From Candidatus Bathyarchaeia archaeon (GTDB lineage: Archaea > Thermoproteota > CALKCG01 > B24), in contig JAVZJD010000001.1 of assembly GCA_038870975.1 (NCBI GenBank), positions 960,001 to 1,024,000 of the forward strand: a stretch of DNA of 64,000 nt, in the 5' to 3' direction. Below are positions 39,928-49,627 of the stretch, in pieces (the stretch's first letter is position 1; each line of letters opens with the position of its first letter). Made by a program: the position numbers and the translations under genes. The notes beneath the pieces were generated by a model. It was not told where the DNA came from, did not search any database, and saw only the letters and a program-made list of their open reading frames with translations.

Positions 39928-41961
39928 ATGTCGAAAGAGGTTGTTGAAGAAAAAGTAAACTGGCCCCTACTAATCATACTAGCGATAATAGTAAACGTCA
40001 TCGCAAATTTGGCTCAAGGTGTTCTTGGAATGCAGGGCGGCTACTTCGGATGCATATACAGCATGGGAATAGCATCCATACCATTCACAATGCCTACACT
40101 AGCTTTAATCCTACCGATGTTTGCATTTTTGACAAAATTCGCTGGAAAAAGGCTAACTTCAACAACGTTAGCGGCTCTATACATTATGGGCCTCGTCTCA
40201 TCACTATCCATAGGAAACTTTAACGACGCATACTACAGCTGGCCAGTGGGTTCAGTAAGCAGAGTGTGGAGGGCTATTCCAGAAGTTAGAGATGTTATGA
40301 GAACGCTTTGGTGGGTTCCACCAGAAGCAGCCGTAGCACCAACTTGGGGTAGAGGAGGCCCTGTAGATTGGGCTGCATGGTTCCCAGCAATGCTATACGT
40401 CTTCCTATTCCACTTCATAATACTCATCTACTCCTCAGCTGAAATGGCCATCCTTAGAAGACGATGGATAGAGATAGAGAAAGTTCCATTCCCATTCGCC
40501 ATAGCAATCTGGGAGAGCGTTAGAAACATACATGGATTTGAAGAGGTTAAACGTAGAAAACTTCCATTCTTAATAGGCCTATTGATAGGCTTAGTAATCT
40601 ACCTTCAGATAATGTTCACAACGCTTCTACCATGGTGGCCAGACATCATAGGTTGGCGTTCTCTTGGTCCAAGCCCCAACGGCTGTGTAGTTATCGCATC
40701 CTGGGCTAATCCAACGCTATGGGCTATAGGTTCTCAGTTGGTAGCGTTTATGAGGGTTAACGTACAACCGATCAACTGGGCAATTGCCTACTTAGTGCCA
40801 TTGGACGTTCTATTTACGGCCTGGTTCCTTTGGGTAATATTCATGATACTTGCTCAAGCGGCTTATGTCATGGGCTACTATACTGGTGCCTTAGACCTTT
40901 CAGGCTGTTGTAGAGTACTAATAGGTCCATATACGATCTCACCGAACTGGGGTCCACCTATCTACTGGTCATATATGTGCGTCACGGGAGGTATGGTTGC
41001 ATTCATAGTTATGATGCTATGGTATGCTAGAGACTATCTTAGAGAAGTTTTAAACGCGGCTCTTAGTAAACCATCACCTACTATCCGTGAGCTTGAGGCT
41101 AAAGAACCAGTAAGCTATAGAACAGCATTCATCATACTCGCAGTCGGGCTAATACTTTGGATAGCATTTCTAGCGTCGCTTCAAATAGATGCAATACTGA
41201 TAACTCTACTATTCATATTTGGAGGATTCATATTCCCGCTGGCTGAAGCCTACGCTAGAGGATTGACTGGAGCTGCCTACGCTCAGGAGCGTAGTAAGTG
41301 GGCTAGCTGGGCGGCTCACCTCATATGGTCTAGACATCCAGAAACCTATACCGCGGGATGGTGTAACGCCTTCATAATATACCACCGTGGTATAAACACG
41401 GCTTCAGCGGGTTTAAACACGTGGTCTGAAGTCACCATGCACAGCTTTAGAGTGGCAGATTTATCCGGTACTAGTCCGAAAGCCGTCTACAAAATGGTAT
41501 TCATATTCTTTGTAATAGCCTACGCTATAACACTACCCTTCAGAGTCTGGTGGCCACACTACCTTGGAGCTAGATTCCCCAACTGTCTCTCAGGGTGGGA
41601 GTGTGCCTACCTCGGCGTGGGTGCATACAACACAATGCCTCCTGCTGACGAGCTCTGGATTCCAGTGATAACAGGCTTCATAGTCACAGTACTACTCTAC
41701 TTCCTTAGGATGAGATTCGTCTGGTGGCCTCTACACCCAATGGGCTTCCTAATAAGCGGAGCTGCGCGTGAAGTTTGGACTGGTGCTTGGACAAGCTTCC
41801 TAGGCGCTTGGGTGCTTAAATTCATAACCTTAAGAATCGGCGGTAGCAAAGCCTACGAAGAATACGGTATCCCAGCAGCGGCAGGAGTGCTAGCGGGCTT
41901 CGTAATGGCGGCGGTGATAGGTGTCATCGTGGGGCTCATTAGGTGGTTCGTACCATTCTAA
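39928..41961 (+). CDS. OPT-related multi-pass membrane protein (DUF6785/DUF6784-like), paralogue 3
   Basis: RRRWIEIEKVPFP, LPWWPD, GYYTG..GCCR, WWPLHPMG and LRIGGSKAYEE motifs. Confidence 0.75.
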   Translation: MSKEVVEEKVNWPLLIILAIIVNVIANLAQGVLGMQGGYFGCIYSMGIASIPFTMPTLALILPMFAFLTKFAGKRLTSTTLAALYIMGLVSSLSIGNFNDAYYSWPVGSVSRVWRAIPEVRDVMRTLWWVPPEAAVAPTWGRGGPVDWAAWFPAMLYVFLFHFIILIYSSAEMAILRRRWIEIEKVPFPFAIAIWESVRNIHGFEEVKRRKLPFLIGLLIGLVIYLQIMFTTLLPWWPDIIGWRSLGPSPNGCVVIASWANPTLWAIGSQLVAFMRVNVQPINWAIAYLVPLDVLFTAWFLWVIFMILAQAAYVMGYYTGALDLSGCCRVLIGPYTISPNWGPPIYWSYMCVTGGMVAFIVMMLWYARDYLREVLNAALSKPSPTIRELEAKEPVSYRTAFIILAVGLILWIAFLASLQIDAILITLLFIFGGFIFPLAEAYARGLTGAAYAQERSKWASWAAHLIWSRHPETYTAGWCNAFIIYHRGINTASAGLNTWSEVTMHSFRVADLSGTSPKAVYKMVFIFFVIAYAITLPFRVWWPHYLGARFPNCLSGWECAYLGVGAYNTMPPADELWIPVITGFIVTVLLYFLRMRFVWWPLHPMGFLISGAAREVWTGAWTSFLGAWVLKFITLRIGGSKAYEEYGIPAAAGVLAGFVMAAVIGVIVGLIRWFVPF

Positions 41962-41995
41962 ATCCCCATTTTTCTTTTTTAAAAATAAAAATGGT
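41962..41995. terminator. Probable bidirectional T-rich terminator
   Basis: TTTTTCTTTTTT followed by AAAAATAAAAA between convergent genes. Confidence 0.5.
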
Positions 41996-42646
41996 TTAAG
42001 CTTTCTGAGAATGTTTAGTCGATGTCTTGAATTTCGATAAAGCTATTAACACTACTCCAATGCATGCAACGGCTAAACCTATCAACGGCTCAGGTCTCCT
42101 CACATGAACCATGACTATTCTATCGGTTTCAAAACCCGTGACAGCCCATCCCCACATGTATACATGCAATTCTAGCACATGCTTACCAGCTTTAATTTCC
42201 GGAGTTGCCCATTTAGATCCAACGGTTTGCCCCCACCTTGTCTCCCAAGCATCTATTACCAATTCACCGTCTATGTATAGTCTAGCGCCATCGCTGCTGA
42301 TGGCTTCAAATTTTACAAATCCATCTACAGGCATTTCTATTTCAGCTTTAGCTATAAAGCCCATCTGTCCTCCATAGCCTCCAAATACGGCCCCATCACC
42401 CCAATTATACCAGAATGTAGCTGGGAATGTTCCGTTTCCTAGGAGTAAAGCAGAATTCGTCAGATAGTCTTCAGAAAATCCTTCACTGGTGGGCTCGGAG
42501 AGAAGATAATACCATGTTACATTCCAGTCAGACACTTGAACTTTATACTCCGTCGGTACAGTTTCTTCCTTAAGCGGTATGACGGCTAAAGCGATACCGA
42601 CTGCAAGAATAACCACACCGACTTTAACAAGAGTATTCAATATCAT
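41996..42646 (-). CDS. PA14-domain membrane protein (N- and C-terminal TM helices)
   Basis: F...SSDGARLYIDGELVIDAW and AGKH.LEL PA14 signature. Confidence 0.75.
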   Translation of the reverse strand: MILNTLVKVGVVILAVGIALAVIPLKEETVPTEYKVQVSDWNVTWYYLLSEPTSEGFSEDYLTNSALLLGNGTFPATFWYNWGDGAVFGGYGGQMGFIAKAEIEMPVDGFVKFEAISSDGARLYIDGELVIDAWETRWGQTVGSKWATPEIKAGKHVLELHVYMWGWAVTGFETDRIVMVHVRRPEPLIGLAVACIGVVLIALSKFKTSTKHSQKA

Positions 42647-42735
42647 CCACAGCTTAAGGTATAGTTTCCTCGGTTTTTAAATATTAGCTTAAAGTTGCTA
42701 AGTTTTATAAACAGCCTGCGTTTAATAGTACGTTT

Positions 42736-45700
42736 ATGGTAGGAATGGGTATAGTTGAAGCTCTAATCGAAAAACTAAACGGTAAATATGAAGAGTTAAG
42801 CAGGTATAGAACTAGACTGCAGTGGAAGTTTTTCCAAGGTCGAGCCGTGGGAGCATACGACAAAAATTTCGACGACTCTTCTTGGGCTGATGTTAAACTC
42901 CCCATGATGGTCGACCTTAGGAAAGGTGAAGCATGGCTTAGATGCCGTGTAACGTTTCCAGATCGCGTGTCAAATATTCCAGTTGAAGGCTCTAAGGCTA
43001 AACTGTTCTCATCTGTTATGACTACTGGTGCTGAAATATACGTAGACTCTAAGCTTGTCTTATCGGCAGACTACTGGACGGAACTTAGAGGTCCTATGAT
43101 TGTTTTAAGCGAAAATGCTAAACCAGGTGAGTCGCATCTGGTTGCTGTAAGGTTTTATCCATGTACCGAACCCATAGGCGTACCTGAGTTTAACATCATA
43201 TACAGCAATGTAGAGAACGTGCTTTTCGAAATAGACGCTTTTATGGAGGAGCTTAAATTTGCTATGTTAATCCCCGGAGGCGATAAGGCTGTTGAAAAAG
43301 CAGCGGAGGATTTCAATCTAAGGGTTTTCGATGAAAGCTACGAAAAGTTACTGGATGAAATAGAGAGGGCTAGGAGTAAACTATCCTACCTGTCCAATGA
43401 GGTTAAGAAGTTTAAAGTACACTTGGTTGGTCATGCTCACATAGATATGAATTGGCTTTGGTCTTGGAGAGATACAGTTGAAACGATTAAAAATACGTTT
43501 AAAACAATGCTAGACCTTATGGATAAGTACCCTGTCTTCCACTTCTCACAGAGTCAAGCTGTCACTTACATGGTAGCTGAACAATCATTTCCAGAGGTAT
43601 TCAAACGTATACGTAAGAAGGTTGAAGACGGTAATTGGGAGGTTACAGCAGCTACATGGGTTGAGGCAGACTTAAACATGGGCGGCAATGAAGCTCTCAT
43701 AAGACAGTTCCTCTACGGTAAGCGTTACTCTAAGAATAAGTTGGGTGTAGATGTTGAAGTCTGTTGGGAGCCTGACACCTTTGGCCATCCGTTAACAATA
43801 CCCCAGATAGTGAGGAAATCCGGTATAAAGTACTACTACTTTATGAGGTGTGGTCGAGGCTTTCCAATGTTCTGGTGGGAGGGTATTGATGGTTCAAAGG
43901 TACTCGCTTTCAACAGCGTATACAATAACACAGTATACCCTAGAACGGTCTGCAGCATAGCTAGAGAAGTCTTCGAAAAACACGGTTTAAAGACGAGTAT
44001 GTTCGTATACGGTGTTGGAGACCACGGTGGAGGACCGACATTAGAAGACATAGAAATAGCCCTTAAAATGCTGAATAAGCCCCTCCTACCAACAATAATC
44101 TTCAGTTCGGCTCGAGAATTCTTCAGAGAGGTTGAAGAAGAGATTAAGCTTAAGGATAAGGAATTACCCGTTGTAAAAGGCGAGCTTAACTTCACATTCG
44201 ACGGATGCTATACAACTCACGGTGATATAAAACGGTATAATAGGATTTGCGAGAGGATGCTTGTAGATGCTGAGAAAATATGCTGTATCGTAAATCTATA
44301 TCCTAGGGATAAACTTGCAGACGCCTGGCGTAAGACTCTCTTCAACCAGTTCCACGACATTTTAGACGGGAGTGGAATAGGTGAGACGTATGTGTACTCT
44401 AGGATGTTGGCTGAAGATGTTTTAAGATGCATTAGAGACGTTATAGACTCGGCTCTTGAGAAATTAGCTTCAAGTATCAAGTTTAAGGAAGAGGGTTTAC
44501 CTATAGTCGTCTTCAATCCTTTAGCTTGGCCTAGACGCGGCGTTGTTAAAATTAAAATCCCCAGCCATTTAGTGCCCTCTAAACCAGTCGTAGTATCCCC
44601 CAGTGGTAAAGTTGAACCAGTTCAACTGTGTGAAGATGGCCTCGTATTTATAGCGGATGTTCCAGCCCTAGGATATTCTACATACTACCTTAAAGAGGGC
44701 TCAGTTGACGCGGGAGTCCTTGGTAAAAATCTTACGCTTGAAAACGAATTCTTCAGAATTACAATCGATAACAGGACTGGGACGATAAGAGAGCTCTACG
44801 ATAAGAAAGCTAATAGAACCGTCTTCAACAGATTTCAATACGAAGCTACACAGCCCAAGGAGAACAACCTATTCCAAGTACTCCACGAAGCCCCCCATCC
44901 GATGTCTGCTTGGATAATAGGTGAGATAACTCACGTTGAGAACCTCATTAAACCCGAAGAGATCAAACTCATCGAGAATGGACCTGTAAGAGCAAGAATA
45001 AGAGTAGTCTACAAGTATCGTAGGTCGAGAATATGCTCTGATGTAATACTACTCAAGGGAATTCCAAGAATAGACTTCCAAGCGTTGATAGACTGGTGTG
45101 AATTTTCAAATGAAAACGTAGATGCGCCGATGCTTAAAGTCTCATTTACACCGATTCTAAAATCTACTGGTAAAGCCGTTTTTGAAGTACCATTCGGCTA
45201 CGCTGAAAGACCCGCGGACGGTTCTGAAGTCCCTGCGCTAAGATGGGTTGACGTCTCAGATGGAGAATACGGGTTAACCCTAATCAACAACTCTAAGTAT
45301 GGTTTTGACGTATCTGGAAATACGATCAGAATGACGCTTGTTAGAACAAGCTATAGCCCAGATCCAACCCCAGACCAAGGCTTACATGAAGTAGCCTATT
45401 CATTATATCCGCATGAGGGGAATTGGACAGCAGCTTTAAGTTTTAGAAGAGGCTTCGAGCTGAACCATCCACTTGAAGCAATAGCCGTGACAAAACCCTC
45501 AGGTATGAGGGGTATAAACCCCGAAGTAATGAGCTTCCTAGAGGTAGAACCTGAGAATATAGTTGTTACCTGCCTTAAGAAGGCCGAAGACTCGGAAGAC
45601 ATAGTCCTCAGATTCTATGAGGCTACTGGCTTAGAAACCGATGTAAAGCTGAAATTCGGATTCCAGGTTAAAGGTGTACAGGAGTTAGATTTGATTGAAA

Positions 45701-45795
45701 GACCGCTAAGTGGAGAATTTGCCGTAGAAGGCGATGCGTTCACTCTGCGGGTTAAACCGCTTGAGATAAAGACGTTAAAGCTTAGAATGGTTTAG
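42736..45795 (+). CDS. GH38 alpha-mannosidase with extra N-terminal sugar-binding-like domain
   Basis: GHAHIDMNWLW, WEPDTFG, GDHGGGP, GCYTTH and NQFHDIL motifs; ~220 aa N-extension containing FDDSSW..V.LP. Confidence 0.92.
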   Translation: MVGMGIVEALIEKLNGKYEELSRYRTRLQWKFFQGRAVGAYDKNFDDSSWADVKLPMMVDLRKGEAWLRCRVTFPDRVSNIPVEGSKAKLFSSVMTTGAEIYVDSKLVLSADYWTELRGPMIVLSENAKPGESHLVAVRFYPCTEPIGVPEFNIIYSNVENVLFEIDAFMEELKFAMLIPGGDKAVEKAAEDFNLRVFDESYEKLLDEIERARSKLSYLSNEVKKFKVHLVGHAHIDMNWLWSWRDTVETIKNTFKTMLDLMDKYPVFHFSQSQAVTYMVAEQSFPEVFKRIRKKVEDGNWEVTAATWVEADLNMGGNEALIRQFLYGKRYSKNKLGVDVEVCWEPDTFGHPLTIPQIVRKSGIKYYYFMRCGRGFPMFWWEGIDGSKVLAFNSVYNNTVYPRTVCSIAREVFEKHGLKTSMFVYGVGDHGGGPTLEDIEIALKMLNKPLLPTIIFSSAREFFREVEEEIKLKDKELPVVKGELNFTFDGCYTTHGDIKRYNRICERMLVDAEKICCIVNLYPRDKLADAWRKTLFNQFHDILDGSGIGETYVYSRMLAEDVLRCIRDVIDSALEKLASSIKFKEEGLPIVVFNPLAWPRRGVVKIKIPSHLVPSKPVVVSPSGKVEPVQLCEDGLVFIADVPALGYSTYYLKEGSVDAGVLGKNLTLENEFFRITIDNRTGTIRELYDKKANRTVFNRFQYEATQPKENNLFQVLHEAPHPMSAWIIGEITHVENLIKPEEIKLIENGPVRARIRVVYKYRRSRICSDVILLKGIPRIDFQALIDWCEFSNENVDAPMLKVSFTPILKSTGKAVFEVPFGYAERPADGSEVPALRWVDVSDGEYGLTLINNSKYGFDVSGNTIRMTLVRTSYSPDPTPDQGLHEVAYSLYPHEGNWTAALSFRRGFELNHPLEAIAVTKPSGMRGINPEVMSFLEVEPENIVVTCLKKAEDSEDIVLRFYEATGLETDVKLKFGFQVKGVQELDLIERPLSGEFAVEGDAFTLRVKPLEIKTLKLRMV

Positions 45796-45810
45796 TTTAC
45801 GTATTGGAGG

Positions 45811-46791
45811 TTGATTTTGAAGTCTAGAGAGAGGGTTTTAAGGGCCTTAGACCTCGAAGAACCAGATAGAGTTCCAATGTTTGAACTCGAGTTTCAATAT
45901 CCCGAGCTTGTATGCGGTAAACCTTACATTTTATGGAGTGGCTACGGCTCATGGGAGCAGACGGTTTTCAGAGACATCTTAAGTAAGATGAAAATCGAAG
46001 AAGATATCGCTAAAGTCACGAGACACAATACTGAAGTCTTAGTTGAAACCTGTTCCAAGCTCGGTTACGACGTTTTCAGGCCATCCTTCGTACCAGATCC
46101 ATTGGAGGCTATACGGTATGCTCGTAAAATAGCCCCCGACCTTGCAATAATGGGTAATAGTCCTGGAACAGGACTTGGAATACCAGACGGTAAGTCTATG
46201 TTTCACATAGTCAAGTGGACCTATACTAACCCTGAAGGTTTGAGAAGAATAGCTGAAGATAGAGTCCGTAGAAGCTTAGAATATATAAGGCTTCAAGTTG
46301 AAGCTGGAGCTGAAATAATCGTAGATTGTACAGACTATGCCCTTAAATCAGGCCCATTCTTCAAACCAGAGTTTTATCATAAAGTAGTCTTTCCACTCAT
46401 AAAAATCCTAGTTGATGAAGCTCATAGAGTAGGAGCTTTCTTCATTCAACATACGGATGGAAATCTATGGCCTATAATAGACGGTCTCATAAACACCGGG
46501 ATCGACGCTTTACACTCGATAGATCCATCGGCTGGCATGAGCCTTAAAGAAGTTAAAGAAAAATACGGAGATAGAATAGCTCTATGTGGTAATGTAGATG
46601 CTGCTAACACCCTCTTCCTAGGTTCACCTGAAGACGTGGCTTATGAAGCTAGAAATTGTATAAGAAACGCTGCCTACGGTGGTGGATATTTCCTAACGAG
46701 TAGCAACTGCATATACCGCGGGGTGCCAATCGACAATACGCTCGCACTCGTTAAAACAGGTTTAAAATATGGCCGTTATAAGCCGCTATAG
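45811..46791 (+). CDS. URO-D-fold protein
   Basis: SRERVLRAL...EPDRVP, QHTDG, GNVD and GGGYFLTSSN motifs; 15 bp downstream of GH38. Confidence 0.85.
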   Translation: MILKSRERVLRALDLEEPDRVPMFELEFQYPELVCGKPYILWSGYGSWEQTVFRDILSKMKIEEDIAKVTRHNTEVLVETCSKLGYDVFRPSFVPDPLEAIRYARKIAPDLAIMGNSPGTGLGIPDGKSMFHIVKWTYTNPEGLRRIAEDRVRRSLEYIRLQVEAGAEIIVDCTDYALKSGPFFKPEFYHKVVFPLIKILVDEAHRVGAFFIQHTDGNLWPIIDGLINTGIDALHSIDPSAGMSLKEVKEKYGDRIALCGNVDAANTLFLGSPEDVAYEARNCIRNAAYGGGYFLTSSNCIYRGVPIDNTLALVKTGLKYGRYKPL

Positions 46792-47462
46792 TAAAGGTCC
46801 TTTAGAAGTCTCGGGAGCTCTCCTACGCTATCTATCACGTAGTCAGCTCCCGCCTCCTTTAAAACTTCTCTAGTAGCAACACCCGACGTAATGCCGATAG
46901 ATACCACCCCTGCTTTCAAGGCGGCTTTAATGTCTATGGTACTGTCGCCGACCATAATGGCCTCCCCTCTTCTTAGATTGAGTTTTGAAAGCGCGTATTT
47001 GATAGGTTCAGGGTTAGGCTTCATGGCTTTAACGTGTTCTCTTGCAACGATCAACTCGAAGAAGTTTCCGATGTTGAGTTTTGAAAGCGTAAGAATCGTA
47101 GCATTAAAACAATTGTTAGTTACTATTACTAGTTTAAGCCTCATACGTTTCAATTCGCTTAAGGCTTCGTAAGCCCCTTCTAAAAGCTCCGGGTTTGAAG
47201 CCGCCTCCAGCTCGTATTTTTCGGCTATTTCAAGACTGAGGGCTAACAGCTGTCTATACCTATGGGCTTCCCCTATCTTCTCCATGTAATTTTTCACCAC
47301 CTCTAAGCTCTCGTAAAGGCTTAATCTGGAATCTAGCAAGTATTCTGGCACTCCATTAATCTTAAGCGTTTTAAAGACTTCGGCCTTCGCATCCATATAT
47401 CTATACTTCAATTTAACTATGGTCCCATCTAAGTCTAAGAAAACAGCTTTTAGCAATCGCAC
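46776..47462 (-). CDS. HAD-superfamily hydrolase (phosphoglycolate phosphatase-like)
   Basis: DLDGTI, VTN, KPNP and VGDSTID motifs. Confidence 0.88.
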   Translation of the reverse strand: MRLLKAVFLDLDGTIVKLKYRYMDAKAEVFKTLKINGVPEYLLDSRLSLYESLEVVKNYMEKIGEAHRYRQLLALSLEIAEKYELEAASNPELLEGAYEALSELKRMRLKLVIVTNNCFNATILTLSKLNIGNFFELIVAREHVKAMKPNPEPIKYALSKLNLRRGEAIMVGDSTIDIKAALKAGVVSIGITSGVATREVLKEAGADYVIDSVGELPRLLKDLYYSGL

Positions 47463-47541
47463 TCACAGTTCTTCAATGATACTCTTAAATTTATCCTTTA
47501 AGGTTTGTTTAACAGAGTTGAGTAGACGTCGGGAAAAAATT

Positions 47542-48375
47542 ATGGATAGAGTTTACAGGGAGATCTTCCCAGAGCTTGAATTCGGCAAATTTAAAAGTAT
47601 TGAAGTGATTGGTGATATAGCGATAATTAAAATTCCAAGGGAGCTTGAACCGTACAGGTTTAAAATAGGTGAAGAAGTCTTAACGCACATGCCTTCGATT
47701 AAAACAGTCCTTAGACAGCTTTCACCGACATTGGGACCTTACAGAATTAGAGGTTTTGAGTGGCTTGCAGGAGAAAATAAGACGTTAACGTATCATAGAG
47801 AGCATGGTTGCATTTTTAAAGTCGACCTTTCTAAAGTCTACTTTTCACCTCGGCTATTGTTTGAAAGACTTAGAATAGCCAAACTTACGAAACCGAATGA
47901 GGTGGTTGTAAACATGTTTGCTGGTGTTGGATGCTTCTCCATAATCATAGCTAAACATAAACCTGTATTAAAAGTCTATTCTATAGATGTAAACCCTGAC
48001 GCATATGAACTTATGGTTGAGAATATAAAACTCAACAGGGTTGAAAGCATCGTCAAACCAATACTTGGAGACTCTAAAAACATCGTTGAAAATATGCTTA
48101 TGGGTTCTGCGGATAGAGTCTTAATGCCCTTACCAGAGCTTGCCTACGACTATTTACCTTCAGCTGTTTTATGTTTAAAAGACCGCGTGGGATGGATACA
48201 CTACTACGACTTTATTAAGGTTCATCCCGGCGAAAAACCCGCCGAGAAACTTTCTGAAAGGGTCTCTAAAATGCTCAACACTATCACACCACACTGGAGT
48301 ATAGAAAACTCTAGGATTGTGAGAACTGTAGCATCTAGAACCTATCAGGTCGCGTTGGACATACATATTGGTTGA
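47542..48375 (+). CDS. Trm5/Taw2 (Met-10-like) SAM-dependent tRNA-modifying transferase
   Basis: IGDIA, HREHGC.F.VD...VYFSPRL..ER, MFAGVG and DRVLMPLP motifs; ATG 47542 preferred. Confidence 0.88.
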   Translation: MDRVYREIFPELEFGKFKSIEVIGDIAIIKIPRELEPYRFKIGEEVLTHMPSIKTVLRQLSPTLGPYRIRGFEWLAGENKTLTYHREHGCIFKVDLSKVYFSPRLLFERLRIAKLTKPNEVVVNMFAGVGCFSIIIAKHKPVLKVYSIDVNPDAYELMVENIKLNRVESIVKPILGDSKNIVENMLMGSADRVLMPLPELAYDYLPSAVLCLKDRVGWIHYYDFIKVHPGEKPAEKLSERVSKMLNTITPHWSIENSRIVRTVASRTYQVALDIHIG

Positions 48376-48429
48376 ATGCTTAGATTTAAAAGGGTCTCTT
48401 CTTCAAAATTTCTAGAGGAGGTTGATATT

Positions 48430-48555
48430 ATGAGCGTTGAAAGAAAATGTGCAAACTGCGCCAATGCAAAGCCTAGGAAAGGTGAATTATACTGTTCCCT
48501 TCTCAAACAAAAGGTCTCTCAAGACTACAAATGTGGAAAATTCAAGCCTAAATAA
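48430..48555 (+). CDS. 41-aa Cys4 microprotein (absent from ORF track)
   Basis: GAGGAGGTTGA RBS then MSVERKCANCANAKPRKGELYCSLLKQKVSQDYKCGKFKPK*. Confidence 0.7.
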   Translation: MSVERKCANCANAKPRKGELYCSLLKQKVSQDYKCGKFKPK

Positions 48556-48566
48556 AGCTAAGAACA

Positions 48567-49415
48567 TCAAGTTAATACCTCAAATTCTCTACCAAATATC
48601 AGCTTAATATTCATCCTCCTACACTCTTCTTTTAAATACTCTAAAACATCCTTAGAAGCATTACCAACTGCCAGAAGCTTCAACATAGCCTTCTTTCCAG
48701 CCAATTTCTCCGCAATCTCAATTCTCTCAGAAAGCTTATTAAGCTCATTTCTAGCCACATCTAAATTTTCCAAGTACAATGTAACCTCACCGACAACTAA
48801 AGGATCCTCAGAGAAAACATTCACCTCGTAAATTCTCCCATCGTGGAGGAGAACCTTTCTATCTATTTCCACATCAAAATAACCCATATTTTCAAGCATA
48901 AGTTTCACAAATGAACAAGTATAATGTTCAAAAGTCACGTTTAAAGCCTTACCAAAAGTTTCAAAAGAGGCTCTAAGTCTCCTCTGCTCCTCCCTCATTT
49001 CTCTGAAATCTCTCCTAAGTTCCCGAACTTCTTCCCACAACTTGGTTACATTCTCCCAAAGCTTTTCTTGGCCCTCTCTCAACGCTTTAACTTCCATCCA
49101 CAGCTTCTCCTGTTCAGCTCTAAGGCTTTTCAACTCTTCTCTATGCTCCTCGAAACGCTTATTGTAGTCTTCTCTCAACGCTTTAACTTCCATCCACAGC
49201 TTCTCCTGTTCAGCTCTAAGGCTTTTCAACTCTTCTCTATGCTCCTCGAAACGCTTATTGTAGTCTTCTCTCAACGCTTTAACTTCCATCCACAGCCTTC
49301 TGAGCTCCTCCATCAACTCCCTTAAGCCAAGTAAACCAGCTACAGCAAATCTGAATTCTTCATCTTCTTCGAGAAGCCTTAACAACTCTTTTTTAAGAGA
49401 CATACTATATGACAT
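48567..49415 (-). CDS. Coiled-coil repeat protein with C-terminal PD-(D/E)xK-like domain
   Basis: LLEEDEEFRFAVAGLLG N-motif, heptad repeats, YEVNVF....VVGEVT C-domain. Confidence 0.7.
   Translation of the reverse strand: MSYSMSLKKELLRLLEEDEEFRFAVAGLLGLRELMEELRRLWMEVKALREDYNKRFEEHREELKSLRAEQEKLWMEVKALREDYNKRFEEHREELKSLRAEQEKLWMEVKALREGQEKLWENVTKLWEEVRELRRDFREMREEQRRLRASFETFGKALNVTFEHYTCSFVKLMLENMGYFDVEIDRKVLLHDGRIYEVNVFSEDPLVVGEVTLYLENLDVARNELNKLSERIEIAEKLAGKKAMLKLLAVGNASKDVLEYLKEECRRMNIKLIFGREFEVLT
49075..49296. repeat. Exact tandem repeat, 96-bp unit x about 2.3
   Basis: AACGCTTTAACTTCCATCCACAGC recurs at 49081, 49177 and 49273 with identical intervening sequence. Confidence 0.95.
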
Positions 49416-49627
49416 CGTATTTAATCAACTATTTAAAGCTGACGTAAGTCTCTTAATGTAATTTAGGGTTTATCCTTTCCTTTTATTAGGATCCTTGAAT
49501 GTAATAAAGTATTTAAACACTTTTCTTGTTAATTAATTTTTAATTATATGTACACAAAAATGAATCTCTTATATTGAATTTTCTCATCGTAATATTTAAT
49601 TTCAGTACATTATTTCTTAAATTTGCC

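Noticed and set aside
49075-49296. CRISPR array
   Set aside because: The would-be spacers are identical, the unit is an in-frame 96 bp inside a CDS, and no cas genes are present
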